From the NCBI GenBank assembly GCA_951406725.2, contig OX597832.1, forward strand, positions 64,232,001-64,296,000: a DNA stretch of 64,000 nt. The letters run 5' to 3'. Positions 1 through 13,736 of this stretch are shown piece after piece. Both the position numbers and the translations under genes were made by a program. This stretch comes from Octopus vulgaris (taxonomy: Eukaryota). Each line of letters starts with the position of its first letter. The first letter of the stretch is position 1. The notes beneath the pieces were generated by a model. That model saw nothing but the letters and a program-made list of their open reading frames with translations. It was not told the DNA's origin and ran no database searches.

Positions 1-120
1 ACACATACTCATACGCCATCTTGGTGTTACGGTTATTGTTGGGTTCTTTGTTCTGCCGGCTCTTATTGCTCTTTATAACTGACGTTAGCATGAATAATTA
101 CTGAAATCAGATAATTAGGG

Positions 121-122
<2 letters not shown>

Positions 123-162
<40 letters not shown>

Positions 163-197
163 GTGTATATGTATATATATATGTATATGTATCTGTC

Positions 198-251
<54 letters not shown>

Positions 252-273
252 TATGTATATATATATGTATATA

Positions 274-318
<45 letters not shown>

Positions 319-352
319 ATAGATATATGTATATACATGTATGTATATATGC
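123..352. repeat. (AT)n/(ATGT)n microsatellite
   Basis: Direct inspection; one of dozens of such tracts. Confidence 0.95.
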
Positions 353-1126
353 GTATGTACAGTTTTAGGTGTCCCTATATAGGTAAGTATGTGTGTATAT
401 GTCCGTGGGCGCGAGTGCATCCATCCGTTTATCTGCGCATTCAGCAATCTATCCACCCGGCTCTCTTTTTTTAGCTCTCTACGCAACTCTTCGTCTTTCA
501 ATCTTTGTGTATGCTATATATTTAGAGACACATAGGGATACACATACATGCATATTATGCTGCATATGCCTACTCACACAGAGACATACCTTCATATAGT
601 CTTGTAGAAACATGTGCACACACACACATATACATACAACATATATTCAAACATTACACGCTCATTTATTTATACGTATGTATGCCAGATGAAGGTGTAT
701 TTTTTATGGAAGCATGTACGAACGTATCTCATAACTAGACCTGATATGGAGGAAGGTCCTTGTCATTTTGTAGATGAAAACACTAGTGGTGTATGTCTTA
801 TATCTCAATATTGTGCGGATAATTGATCCTCATTAAAAGAATTGTGAGTACAAAGGGCATTGGAGGACCCTTGAAGGATTGATTTCGATGAGCCGTCGGT
901 CTGAGACAAGGTTGTATTTTATCTCACGTCTTTAAACATCTTATTTTAAATAGACATGAGGGAAATCAAAAACATATTTTTGCCTTCTTCCACCAACACT
1001 TAATGTTTTTTTTTTTTTTTTTCTACTTGTGTCATTTCCTTTTTGTATTTCATCTTTTTCTTTTGTCTGTTTTGCTTTTTTCATCTCTATTCTATTTGTT
1101 TTTTATTCTTCGCAAATACGCACGAA

Positions 1127-1212
<86 letters not shown>

Positions 1213-1563
1213 CATTTCATATATCTTCTTTCAATTTCTGCTCTCTGCAAATAAATTCTTTTACGGATACAACTGCTTACAAAAATAGGGATTAATGAAT
1301 AATGTCTTTATATGTTCATAATTAAATCAATGATTTAATTATGAGACACAAATCCAATAGAATATCTCTCAGAAACAAACTACGTACAAATTCGTTCTTC
1401 ACAACACTTGAAGCTGTTTTCTGACAGGGGGGCGGGGACTAAGGAAATTTTCATACAGCTGGAGGCTCCAGTCGAAACAGAGGACCCGAAATGCTAAGGT
1501 TGAGATTTACTGTTATAGATTATGCCTAACCGAAAACGATCAAAGCCACATCATCCAAACAGA

Positions 1564-1590
1564 CCGGGTGAAACCGGGCTTAGCTGCTAG
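1564..1590 (+). mobile_element. Helitron-type 3' terminus
   Basis: GC-rich hairpin CCGGgtgaaaCCGG, then CTAG|T about 10 nt later; 5' end not identified. Confidence 0.55.
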
Positions 1591-1611
1591 TATATGTATA
1601 TATATATATAT

Positions 1612-1651
<40 letters not shown>

Positions 1652-2088
1652 ACACTCAGACAGAGATGACGAGGCCTACAGGTATATAACATTTATATAT
1701 ACACATAGGAATAAATGATAGCCAAGGAAACAAAAATATATAAAACATAATAGACGGAGAGAAAAGCTGAATAAGACAGGAAACAGAAAACTGTCAGAGC
1801 AGGAAAGACATAACGCGAACGGAAAGCAAATTATAGACACTATATACACACACACACACACATACACAGATATTTATTCAGACACACACACAGATATTTG
1901 TACAGACACACACACGCACATAGTGGTATCCTCACCAGCCAGCACTCATCAAAACGGATTGTATATTGATGAGTATATATCTAGATGTATATAATTTGCT
2001 GTTAGATATATGCGTGCCTCTATCACATACATAGATAGGTATATATTTATTAAGTTCTAAGCGTGTGTATACATTTGTATTTATTTAC

Positions 2089-2161
<73 letters not shown>

Positions 2162-2199
2162 ATAGCGATTCAGAAGTTACTTTAGCAGTTAGAGTAAAC

Positions 2200-2235
<36 letters not shown>

Positions 2236-2238
<3 letters not shown>

Positions 2239-2470
2239 GGCGGCCCAAAAGTAGGTTTACAGTTATTCAACTATCTCTTTCGTAATCATATATTAACAAC
2301 AGTTTAGATCTTGATCATAAAAAACTATGAAACCCTTATTCTATGCCAATTTAGTTAATTTTGTCAAGCTTCCTTTTCAGTTTGTAAGATAGAAATTTAA
2401 ACGTAATAAAATGATTTAAAAGAAATTTAAACTGCCTAAGTGATAACTAAAAGTCTACTTTTGAGCGACC

Positions 2471-2473
<3 letters not shown>
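2236..2473. mobile_element. Tc1/mariner-derived MITE
   Basis: Imperfect TIRs CAGGGCGGCCCAAAAGTAGG and (reverse complement) CACGGTCGCTCAAAAGTAGA, both flanked by TA within a (TA)n tract; no coding capacity. Confidence 0.8.
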
Positions 2474-2526
<53 letters not shown>

Positions 2527-2758
2527 GCTTTCCATAATTTCTACACCCCCATTTTATTCTCTGTCCTGAGAATGGTTTAATTTAAATCTTGATCACTTCC
2601 TCAGATAGGTGTGATTTGGTAGCGTGAATAATAGAGTAGCAGGCCAGCTATTCTGGAAGCTGTGACCCGTGGCAATCAAGGGAGTTAATGTGGGTTGAAG
2701 ATTTAATGAATCAATGAACGAGAAAAATGGGTGAAATGTAGGCGACAGTGCGGAAGTA

Positions 2759-2827
<69 letters not shown>

Positions 2828-2929
2828 TGGGAGATGAGACTCGTACTAAAAACATAACTTAATTTCGGTTGTCAGCTGGAAATTGTTAATGCCAAAGGGA
2901 GGTTTTGAATCGTTTCATATATTTTATCC

Positions 2930-3174
2930 TTCGCCTTCTTCTTTCAGTCATTAGACTACGACCATGCTGCGACACTAGACCGAAGGGTTTAATCGAGGAT
3001 ATCAATACCAATATATCTTTTTCATGTTTCGTATCTATTTAATCCCTTTCCTGATTCGCTAAATTACAAGGACATAAACAAACCAACAACGATTGCCAAG
3101 CGGGGTTGGTGGTCTAACGCAATCACAATGACACAGACGCACATACACTCACACACACACAAGTATAAGACCGT

Positions 3175-3235
<61 letters not shown>

Positions 3236-3670
3236 GTGTTCTACGTCAGTTGCGATAACAAGTGTCCCAGTTGATCCGATCAATCTAACAGCAAGTGGCT
3301 GAGTACTCCACAGTAACGTGTACTCTTAACATGGCCCTTGGGGAGATTCAGCGTGACACAAAATGTGACAAGACTGACCCTTGTGAATTACAGGCACAAC
3401 TTATTGTCGCTGAGTAGACTAAAGCAACGAAAAATAAAGAGTCTGGTTGAAGGATACAACGCGCTGCCGGTAATCGAACTCAAAACCTTACGATCGTAAG
3501 GCGAATACTCTCGCCATTGAGCCCCAACCAGTTTCCATCTACCAAAATTCGTTCACAAGGCACTGGTTGGCCTGTGGTTATAGTAGAATACATTAGCCCA
3601 AGATGCCTGGCAGAGGAAATGGAATACAAAACCACATGGTTGTGAATGAGCATCTTAACCACGAAGCCAT
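2930..3670 (-). mobile_element. tRNA-derived SINE family A, degenerate copy with a nested SINE
   Basis: Matches the other family A copies (ttcagtcatt..gacc/gccatgctg tail; tttccatctaccaaa..cacaaggc; cccaagatgcc head). Boundaries approximate. Confidence 0.65.
3250..3525 (-). mobile_element. tRNA-derived SINE (V/Meta-like family C) nested in a family A copy
   Basis: Minus-strand B box gagttcgattacc followed by gcgttgtatccttcaaccagactc, a variant of the gtgtccttgagcaag domain. Boundaries approximate. Confidence 0.55.
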
Positions 3671-4023
3671 ACATAGTCATTCTCCGCGCACCGAGTAAAT
3701 ATATCTGCGATAAGTATTACGGTTCATATCTGGTTAATAATTTTTGTTTTTTATTTGTGTGTGTGCTTTATGGATTGTGATTCGTTTGTTTCCATTGTTT
3801 GACATTTTACATTTATAATTTGGCAGGAGAAGAAGAAAAGTAAATAAATAAATCTAGGAAGCGTAATTAAGAATGGTTTTTAGTGTCTAACGTCTAACTT
3901 CACTTCAATAAAATCATGAATGGAATGAATAGATTCCATTGCCAGGAATTTTGGCAAAACCAAATTCTAAAGATATGTCATTTGGAGATGCACCAGTTAA
4001 TTTCTAATATTGGTTTATCAAAT

Positions 4024-4243
4024 GGTGGCAAGCTGGTAGAATCGTTACTGCGCCGGATACACAACTTTGTAGCGTTCCTTCCATCTCTTTACATTCTGAG
4101 TTCAAATGCCACCAAGAAAGACGCTGTCTTTCATCCTTTCCGGGCCAACAATAAGTGTACCAGTAGCGTACTGGGGTCAATGTCATCAACTAGCCCCGTT
4201 CCTTCAAAAGCTTGGGCCTTGTGCCAGAACTGGAAAGCAATAT
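4024..4243 (+). mobile_element. SINE family B (tRNA head plus Nin-like domain)
   Basis: ggtggcaagctggtagaatcgtt..ctgagttcaaat..ctttcatcctttcc..gtaccag..ctggggtc, shared with about 10 other copies in the window. Confidence 0.75.
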
Positions 4244-4492
4244 TAGTCCTTAATAATATTCATTTCTGATATCGATTTTTCTATTGGAAGCGGGGAACGT
4301 TTTGTTGCTGAAATCGTCTTCGGTACTTCGTTACATGAATGGTATGTTTTTAGCAATCAAGGTAGGGTAAAAGGTAAATTTAACCTTGACGGGATTTAAA
4401 CTAAAGACCACCACTCTAACTGCTGATCGTAAATCATTACTGTAGCCATCAGTTATTGATCTCGTATTTCATATTTGATTTATTCTTTTACG

Positions 4493-4705
4493 AGCGGTGG
4501 TCAACCAGATCGGTAAAGCGTCGGCCAAAAAATAGAGAGAAAAATGCGTGTGGTATGTAGTTGTGAACATTTCTGTTCTGATTTCAAATCCCACCGACGT
4601 CTACTTTGACTTTCATCGTTCCGGTCTCGATAAAATAGAGTACCAGTCAAGTATTGAACTGCATATAATCGACTAATACTGTTGTTTCCCAATCCTTTTC
4701 AAATA
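4493..4705 (+). mobile_element. SINE family B, degenerate
   Basis: tttcaaatcccaccgacgtctactttgactttcatcgttccggtctcgataaaatagagtaccag core. Confidence 0.6.
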
Positions 4706-5565
4706 AGGGCCCGCGACTCAGGTTCCTGAATCAATCTTGTTAGTGTGGCTTGTACTTAAAGGGTAAGTGAGGCTATAAATTCCATCAGACACATTATTCC
4801 TGTGACCGGAAGCGACCCAGTTATTATATTTAAACACATAATACCTCATTAATCCTTCAATTAACGAAATATGTGACCAGGCCCGTTATCGTGTACGAAG
4901 GAAATGCAATTCGTCGACAGAGCAAAGGTGAATATTTTTATCAATCTGTATAAAATATGCAATGATATTTTATTAGGTTCACTTATTGAACTTACTGTTG
5001 GGTCAGGTCAAAAATGCCCTGCTATTTTTAGCACAATTTACTAAATGCAATTTCAGTGAAGAGTGAGAGTCTAACTTTTCGGACGTTTGTCTTTCATCAG
5101 AGTGCAGAAAGAATAATGTCTTGCTGGCGTGGATGTCTGAAGTGCAGGCGCAGTGTATGTGTGTGTTTGTGTGCGTGAGAGAGTGCGCGTGTGTGGCTGA
5201 AAAATGTATGTTGATATTAGGGTAAATAAAAGTGAGCCAAAGACAGGTGGTTTGGGAGAAAATAAGCTGTAAGCTTCAAGAAAAGATAGAAAACGAACTG
5301 AAATAGACAGCAACCGAGTTTTATAAAACATTAAACTTTCCACTCCCTACGGCAAACTAATTAGCGACGTTTTACCAGTTTTTGTCTTAATAATTCAAAT
5401 GATTTGTAACATTGGCACTTGGCCAGGGACCTTAAGGAGATGAACGGAGTCAAATAGATAGACCTTAATATACAGACTGTAGCAATACTAATCATAGTAG
5501 TAGTAGGAGGAGGTTGGGAAAGGAAGAGGTCTATAGAGAAAATTGTAGTCAATTGAAGTACTTAC

Positions 5566-5650
5566 CATCAATAGAAAATTTGATTGTTTCGTTAAAAGTG
5601 TAGTCTGGGTCGTACGCTTCGATCGGTGGTTCTACTGCTAAAATCGTCCC
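5566..5650 (-). CDS. Cadherin-repeat protein, internal exon D: GTILAVEPPIEAYDPDYTFNETIKFSID(G)
   Basis: 85 nt, phase 0/1, acceptor ttttttttcttccag| and donor |gtaagt. AxDxD motif (AYDPD); continues exon C seamlessly (..NAEL|GTIL..). Confidence 0.9.
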
Positions 5651-5999
5651 CTGGAAGAAAAAAAATTGCCATATTGACAGTAGCAATAAAAGCAACAACA
5701 ACAACAACAACAGCAACAACAACAACAACAATAATAATGATAATAATAATAATAATATGACTATATTATTAATATACAGATTTTCTGATTAATGTATGAG
5801 CTCTCGAATTTGGAGGTGTGGGGCTTAATCGATACTATTGATCCCACATTTATATAGTCCCTTCCCCCCGCAAGCAAGAAAAGTTGAGCTCGGCAGGATT
5901 TGAAAAGCGCCAAAAGCATTTTTGACGCTCTAAATTTTCAGCTAGTGATAGCAGCAGCAGCAGCAGAAGAAGAGAAAAAGAAAAAGATGAAGAAGAAGA

Positions 6000-6061
<62 letters not shown>

Positions 6062-7894
6062 AAAACGACGACGACGAAGAAACACCAGGAAATGAGACGG
6101 AAGAAAGAGAAACCAGTGACAGAAAAAGTTTAATGGAATCACTTTACTGGAGGCTTGAAATCTTACTTAATTCGGTTTTGTATCTTTTTATTCCAGTCAA
6201 AGAAATATTTAGGATAAAATGACAATTCGCTTTTATTTCCTGCTTAAATTTAGCAGAAGCTATACAGAGTTAACACTATCGCATGACGGAAGACTGTCAT
6301 TGAATTCGCTAGCATCATATCGTTGATAGTAGCAACAGCCAAATTCTCCCCAGATGTTCCACTGACGTAAGTCTGGAGTTTCTAATTGCAAATAACAGAT
6401 ATCCAACAGCTAAAAACCAGTATTTATCAGCGTGTTGTCTGCTATTTTATGCTGTCAAATAATGTCATTTCAAAGACACAATGTTTGGAAAGTTGATATA
6501 GCAACGTGTCAAGCAATATCTCTGTGTCAGAAGTACTACTCAAATACACGGAAGAGAGAAGCGATGTAAGCGACCCAGAACTGTAACTAAATTCTTTCTG
6601 GCGATCCAACGAAACTGATTATTTAAAAATAAATAGCTGATAAATTTCCATCAAACCAAACACCTCTATTGACCATTTCAACGCGAAAAGTGGATTTATC
6701 TGCTCAAAGTTTTATTATCGTTAACTGCTGAAAGCGGTTTTACCTCACGGCTTTGCAAAACACCTCTCCTTATTCAGCAAGAAGCCGAGACACTGCCAGT
6801 GACAATTTTCACAGATGACAGTTTTGCAGATTTTCTTTCTGTTTATAGAGTAAGAATCAAATACTTTTGGTGGTGGATATGATAACCGCACCCACAGGAG
6901 ATACTGAAAAAGTATTGCAGAAGTAGGAAATATCAATTCTATTTTGGGCGGGAATGACCATGATGTCTAATTACGCTGTCAACGGAATAAAATAAAGGGT
7001 ATGACCTGTTAGATAATGTCCTAGATATAAAAAAAGTCGGGATGGTCTTGAATGGAATGTCAGGATGGTCTTGAATGGGAGGCGGTCTCGATTAAGGCAA
7101 TGGTGGACCCACAACTTCTCAACAATAAAAATAGCAACCTTTATTACAAAAGTGCATTTCTGTTTACTTCAGTATGTGAGTGTGTGTACATATATGAGTG
7201 TGTAGAAACGAAATATATACACTCAATTTATAACAAGATATATGCTCTCAATCTCGACCCATATAATTTTTGTCGTGAATTTTTGTTTCAATTACTACTT
7301 CTTATGTATTATTTACTATTTGTATATTTATATCTTTTTCAGCAGAAAATTGTATCAATGTTTATTTAATATTTGCTTAATAAATATACACATAAACTAG
7401 ATTGTAAATGAAAAATCTATGTATTCCTTATACAAATGGAACCGGATTGTATTTTTCTCTATTTAGAAGTATATATTGATGCAAACATAAAATGATAAAG
7501 AAAAGTGGGGTAAAAACTAAAATTTAAAAAACGCTAAAGAAAACGAAAAAAACAAAAATTGCAAGGATTATTTAGAAATAGTTTCTTATAAAAATGTAAT
7601 ATTTACCGAACCAAAATGGCGACTCAGAACATGAGTCAGAAATATTTGTAGTAACCTTAGTTAAACGACTGCCATTATCTAGCAGACGACAGCAGCTATT
7701 AAATAAATGCACGTCTACGGAAGGCAGGAGACGTGATCACTGAAATCTGTACGAGCTTGAGGGCAGAGTTTATCAAAGGAAGCTCCAAATATCACGTGAC
7801 AGTTTCCATGAAACACTTATGACTGAATCATACGCACGTTTATGTACATGTATATTTACATATAATACATACGTGAATATATGTGTATATGTAT

Positions 7895-9118
7895 ATAGTG
7901 AGTCATCTCAGGAATAACGCGGATTATTTATGCTTCTTTATTTTTCAGAATTAAGGTCAACAAAGTTTTTTAAATCTAAAATATAGTCTCTTTCAACATC
8001 TCCAATGCTCTTCCATATATCTTGTAGTCTTGCAAGGCCCCTCTTCCAAATTTCACTTGTTCGTGACGAAAAATACTTCTTTAGTACTGTTCTTACCTCG
8101 TCTACAGAATTCATATTTTATCCGTCCAAATGATTTTGAAGATTGCGGAATAAATGACGACAAGATGCGACAATGTCCAGCGAATATGGTGGGTGCGGCA
8201 TCGTTTTCCATTTAAACTGCCTTTGGAATGTCATCCTCGCTGTATGTGGCCGACTATTATCCTGATGGAAGAACACCTTTCGTCTTGAAACCAAAGATGG
8301 TCGTTTTTCTTCTAGCGCTGACTTCAGCTGCTCAAGCTACTCGTAGTTGATCTCCTTTGTTATCGTTTGGTTTGTGTTTAATAGTTCAAAGTGGACTTAA
8401 CCTTTCATATCCCACCAAACAGATAACAAGACTTTACGTAACTGAAGACCTTCTTTAGCCTGGGTTGCCGGTGTTTCTCATTTCTCTACCCACTATCTTC
8501 GGCGCTTGACATTTTTATAGAGAACTCATTTCCCTTCACCAGTCACAATTCAGTTCAAAAAAGATTCATTTGTGAGATATGACAGCAAAGAAGAGCACAC
8601 ATTCACTCTCTGCACGTGATTAGAATCGGAAAGTTTGTGAAGAACCCATTGACCCAATTTGCCGACTTTTCTGATGGCACGCAGGTGTAGATGAATGGTT
8701 AACTAACCAAATCCAAGTTTCTCTGCTAGTTCCTCAACAGTTACGCTGGGATTTTGTTCCCAAAAGGTTTGTAGGACGTCCTTGTCGAGCTCTACAGATC
8801 TTCCAGGACGAGGTTCGTCTCCTAGGCTGTAGTTTCAGGTTCGGAATTTCTGGAATCACCCTCGACATTAGCTTACACTTATTGTCCAATCCCCATATAC
8901 GGCATAACTATTCCTCACACTCTCCGTTTGGTGTTGCCTTTATTGAACCCAAAATATAACTGTTCAAATTGAACTGCACTCTGGAAAACATGCACTAAGA
9001 ATAAGGCCAAGATAAAATTACTACCTGCAAGTTGATGCTAGCAGTTTATCCCGTCCCGTACTCCGACTTGGAGTTCACGCAGTTGAAAAAAGCGCATTAT
9101 TTATGGGATGATCCAATA
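7895..9118 (-). mobile_element. Mariner transposon fossil (about 1.22 kb, defective transposase)
   Basis: Imperfect TIRs (tagtgagtcatctcaggaataacgcg / rc tattggatcatcccataaataatgcg) in TA context. Minus-strand motifs DEPRPGRS, GQWVLHKLS (WVPHEL), IVTGEGK*VLY (TGDEKW), QDNSRPHTA (HDNARPH), PHPPYSLDI (YSPDLAP); stops present. Confidence 0.9.
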
Positions 9119-9123
9119 TATGT

Positions 9124-9151
9124 GTCCGGCAAAGACGGACTACTCAGCTAG
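9124..9151 (+). mobile_element. Helitron-type 3' terminus
   Basis: Hairpin GTCCGgcaaagaCGGAC followed by tactcagCTAG|T. Confidence 0.5.
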
Positions 9152-9544
9152 TATATACGTATATTAATGAATATGTGAGCGAGGGAAACTTCATTATGGA
9201 AAATTAGGCCTAATGAACTTCTGTCAAACGATATTGTTGTTCAGTGAGTGTATATTATGTAAGAAGATTTATCGAATAAATTCTTGTATAACCTCAGCTG
9301 AGCGACAATTTTCAACACACTGTACTACATGTATCAGGTACTATCGTATCTGTAACAAGTATAAATTCCATTCAATCATATTTTTACTATATTAGTGTAT
9401 ATGATAAACTCTCCCGTCGAAGACGAGTGTGAGGTTCAGCTTTTGCCGACCAACCTGCCCAAAGGAATTGTTTATAGTGATCAAATGTATGTTTTGTACA
9501 TTAGCTCAATCTCTCCATCAAGTCAACGTTGCCTGAACAGGGGC

Positions 9545-9700
9545 ACTCTGTGCCACGTGTCAGGTGTCGAAGTGATTGGAGAGCAAGATGAGGTGAAGTG
9601 TTTTGCTCAAGAACAAAATGCACCATCCGGTCTGGGAACTGAAACCGTGATCTTACGATCATGAATGCTGCGCCGTAATCACCAGGCCATGCGCTCGCAC
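9545..9700 (-). mobile_element. tRNA-derived SINE (family C-like) fragment
   Basis: Minus-strand tRNA-like head gcgcatggcctggtgattacgg..ggtttcagttccc, then gttcttgagcaaaacacttc. Confidence 0.5.
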
Positions 9701-9872
9701 TAGTGTCTCTCTCTCTCTCTCGCCCTCCCTCCCTCTCTCTCTCTCTCTCTCTCGCCCTCCCTCCCTCTGTCTCTCTCTCTCCCTCCCTCTCTCTCTCTCT
9801 CTCTCCCTCTCTCTCTATCAACCAATCAATGACAACTGTATCTAGATGGAAACATAATGTCTTGTCAATACA

Positions 9873-10042
9873 TTCTTTCTTTTGTTCTTTGGCTTGTTTC
9901 AGTCATTTGGCCACTTTTAGTCGAACAAATCGACCCCAGTACTTTGCATGCCTAGTACTTATTCTACGTAAACAGAACAACATCGGTTGTTTGTGAGGGC
10001 ACAGACACACAAACATACACACACACATACACACACACACAT

Positions 10043-10088
<46 letters not shown>

Positions 10089-10260
10089 GACGGTACGACG
10101 GGCTTCTTTCAATCTCCGTTTACCAATTCCACTCATAAGACTTTGGTCGGCTCAAGGCTGTAGTAGAAGTGACTTGCCCAAGGTGCCACGCAGTGGGACA
10201 GAACCCAGAACCATTTTGTTGGGAAGCAAGCTTCTGACCACACAGCCACGCCTGCGCCTA
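9873..10260 (-). mobile_element. SINE family A
   Basis: Head taggcgcaggcgtggctgtgtggtcagaagcttgcttccc..gtcccactgcgtggcaccttgggcaag; internal (TA)/(TG) microsatellite; tail aaatgactgaaacaag. Confidence 0.85.
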
Positions 10261-10771
10261 TATATAATATGTTTATTTATACACACGTGTGTATACATAA
10301 CTATTTATATACACATACCTACCTAAACAGAAGTATATAATACTCTTACATTTAGTTGGTGTGTGCGTGCGGGTGTATGTCTGCATGTGTGTTTGTGTGC
10401 GTGAGTGTCTGTATGAGGGCAAAAGTTTCTACATGATATATATCTAAACAGAACAGAGACACACACTCATATAAAGTTACAAAAGAAGACGAATGCTCCA
10501 GCCTCCCACTCAACACAACACACACACACAAAACGACAACAGCAACAACAACAACAAACCAGCCGTTATTTTGCGGCTTTAATGGCATAAAAATCTAGCG
10601 CACTTTTCATTGGTTTCATTTTATTTATTTTTGTGTGTGTGTGTGTGTTTTTATATTTCACAATACATTTATATCGCTGTTATTGTTATAGCAACAATCT
10701 CCGAGTTGTCAGCCATAATCACATCTTATTCTGCACATCCTTAGATAAATCGTTCAACATGTATTGATTAA

Positions 10772-10825
<54 letters not shown>

Positions 10826-10980
10826 GCCACCCAACCCGCCTTTTGTTTAGTATGATGTTTGTTTACATCACTATCGCGCATTCATCTAACCGCTGTGAGA
10901 CACTGCCTTGCTCTACATTTAGTATTGCTTCAACGGAAATACATAAATAAACAGACAAGAACAATAAAGTGAAAATTAAA

Positions 10981-11032
<52 letters not shown>

Positions 11033-11523
11033 GCGTGTATATATATATGTGTATGCATATATATGTATATATGTGTGTATATATATATGTATATCTATAT
11101 ATGTGTAGACATACACACATAGATACATACATATATATATATATATATCAAAAACAACCCTGCATCAACAAATGGCGTTGATAGTGATGAGGAAGCACAT
11201 CCGGTGCAAAATATTTTGGTCGAAAATCTGGTGAAATGTGATTCGCTTCACAGCTGATTGATACAAACATAGTTTTTGACAATGTCCTAACTATGTTGAA
11301 TTGAAAATATCACTTCCTATGGCTGATTCGCTTTATTTTGTTTCCTTTTTATTTCTGATTTGTTGTTTGTTTCAATATTATTGACCATATGTATTGTGTC
11401 GTTATATGGCTGCAAGCGTGCATAGTAGTATTTTGTATGTACTTTTGTGTGTTACATACGCGTGTATATTACTTCCTGTAAGTAGACATGAAGGGATATA
11501 TGTGTATATAATTCTGTATGTAT

Positions 11524-11820
<297 letters not shown>

Positions 11821-12051
11821 TAGATATACCTACTATATATGTCTTGGTCGGTTTTTTTCCTCCTTAAAACACTTTCAGTCGAAGAGCGAGGCTTGAAATG
11901 TAAAAGATTTTTCCATTCTGCCCAGTGTTAAACTAATTAAACCAATACACCTAAATGTTGTTCCTACACTTGTCTTCGTCTTTTGCTTTCTGTAAATTTG
12001 AACTATATATATATATATATATACATCTGTGTATGTCATATATATTTACCT

Positions 12052-12230
12052 ATAGGCGCAGGTGTGGTTAAGAAACTATCTTTACAACTTGTGTTTTCTG
12101 GTTCAGTCCCACTGCGCAACACCTTGGGCAAGTCTCTTCTATATCCCCGGGATGACTCATGCTTGATTTAATTTGGTAGAATGAAACTGTGAGGAAGCTC
12201 GTGATACATATGTAGACACATACTCATATA

Positions 12231-12306
<76 letters not shown>

Positions 12307-12400
12307 CGTATGTGTGTGTTCTTATGTTTGTCACCCTCCACCAAATGGCAATCGGTGTTGGTTTGTTTACGTCCACATAACTTAGCGACCCGGCGAAAGA
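12052..12400 (+). mobile_element. SINE family A, 3'-truncated
   Basis: taggcgcaggtgtggttaagaa..ttcagtcccactgcgcaacaccttgggcaag..ggtgttggtttgtttacgtcc..taacttagcg. Confidence 0.75.
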
Positions 12401-12696
12401 ACTTATCACACACAAATGTATGTGTGTACGGTTATGTATATTGTATATATCTGATTCCGTTCTGTGGTTCCCCGTAGAACTGTCTTCATATAGTTCCAAG
12501 GTAACACACACGTTCATCTCTGACAAATGGATGCCCGTTCCTCGCACAACGCTGAGACTGAGACATTATAAACGGGTCCATCCCGACCATCCCCACATTG
12601 GTCGGTTATTGCTGTGATGTTGTGTCCAACTCGAACTTATGTATAACTATGTAACCTGTTTGCATCTAATTGCATTTGCCCCTTAAATATGAACAC

Positions 12697-12914
12697 TTAT
12701 TCTTTTCTACTCTTGGCACAAGGTCCGAAAGTTTGGGAGAGGGGGCCAGTCGATTAGATTGACTTCAGTGTTTCACTGGTACTTAATTTATAGACCCCGA
12801 AAGGATGAAAGGCAAAGTCGACCTCGGCGGAATTAGAACTCAGAACGTAAAGACAGACGAAATACTGCTAAGCATTTCGCTCGGCATGCTAATGTTTCTG
12901 CTAGCTCGCCGCCT
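12697..12914 (-). mobile_element. SINE family B
   Basis: ccccgaaaggatgaaaggcaaagtcgacctcggcggaat..aactcagaacgt..gctcgccgcc, near full length. Confidence 0.85.
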
Positions 12915-12929
12915 TACAAAATGAATAGA

Positions 12930-13312
12930 TATTTATTTATTTCTTTATTGCCCACAGGGGGCTAAACATAGAGGGGACAAACAACGATCCAAGTGCGTAA
13001 CTGGTATTTATTTAATCGAAGTCGACCTCGTCGGAATTTGAAGTCACAACGTAAAGATAGACAAAATACCTATTTCTTTACTACCCAAAAGGGGCGACAC
13101 ACAGAAGGGACAAACAAGGACAGACAAACGGATTAAGTCGATTATATCGATTATATCGACCCCAGTGCGTAACTGGTACTTATTTAATCCACCCCGAAAG
13201 GATGAAAGGCAAAGTCGACCTCGGCGGAATTTGAACTCAGAACGTAGCGGTGGATAAAATACCGCTAAGCATTTAGCACGGTGTGCTATCGATTCTGTCA
13301 GCTCGCTGCCTT
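12930..13312 (-). mobile_element. SINE family B, composite of two tandem or partial copies
   Basis: Two gtcgacctcg(t/g)cggaatttgaa cores and two aggggg/gggacaaacaa tails. Confidence 0.8.
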
Positions 13313-13461
13313 AAAAAATGAACAGATATTGTCTCAAGATGCGGTTCGGCTCTCCGTTTGCATGTCCGGCATAATTCTCAGACGATTTTGGATATACAGG
13401 CAAACTTTGATAGAAGTTCTTTCAGAAACTGCTGAATCGTTATAAAGCAGATAAAGAACGG

Positions 13462-13539
<78 letters not shown>

Positions 13540-13677
13540 TGTGTTGTAGGAAGCTTGATTCCCATTCACGTGGTCCCGGGTTAGGTTCCACCGCGTGGCA
13601 CTTTAGGCAGCTCTCTCCTCTTATAACCTGGGGCAGACCAAAACCTTGTGAGTAGATTTCGTAGATGGAAGCCAGTC

Positions 13678-13734
<57 letters not shown>

Positions 13735-13736
<2 letters not shown>

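Noticed and set aside
6400-6960. Possible Tc1 transposase remnant (TPLL, IFTD, FGGG-like words on the plus strand)
   Set aside because: Motifs too short and frames too broken; no TIRs found, so not supportable without a profile search.
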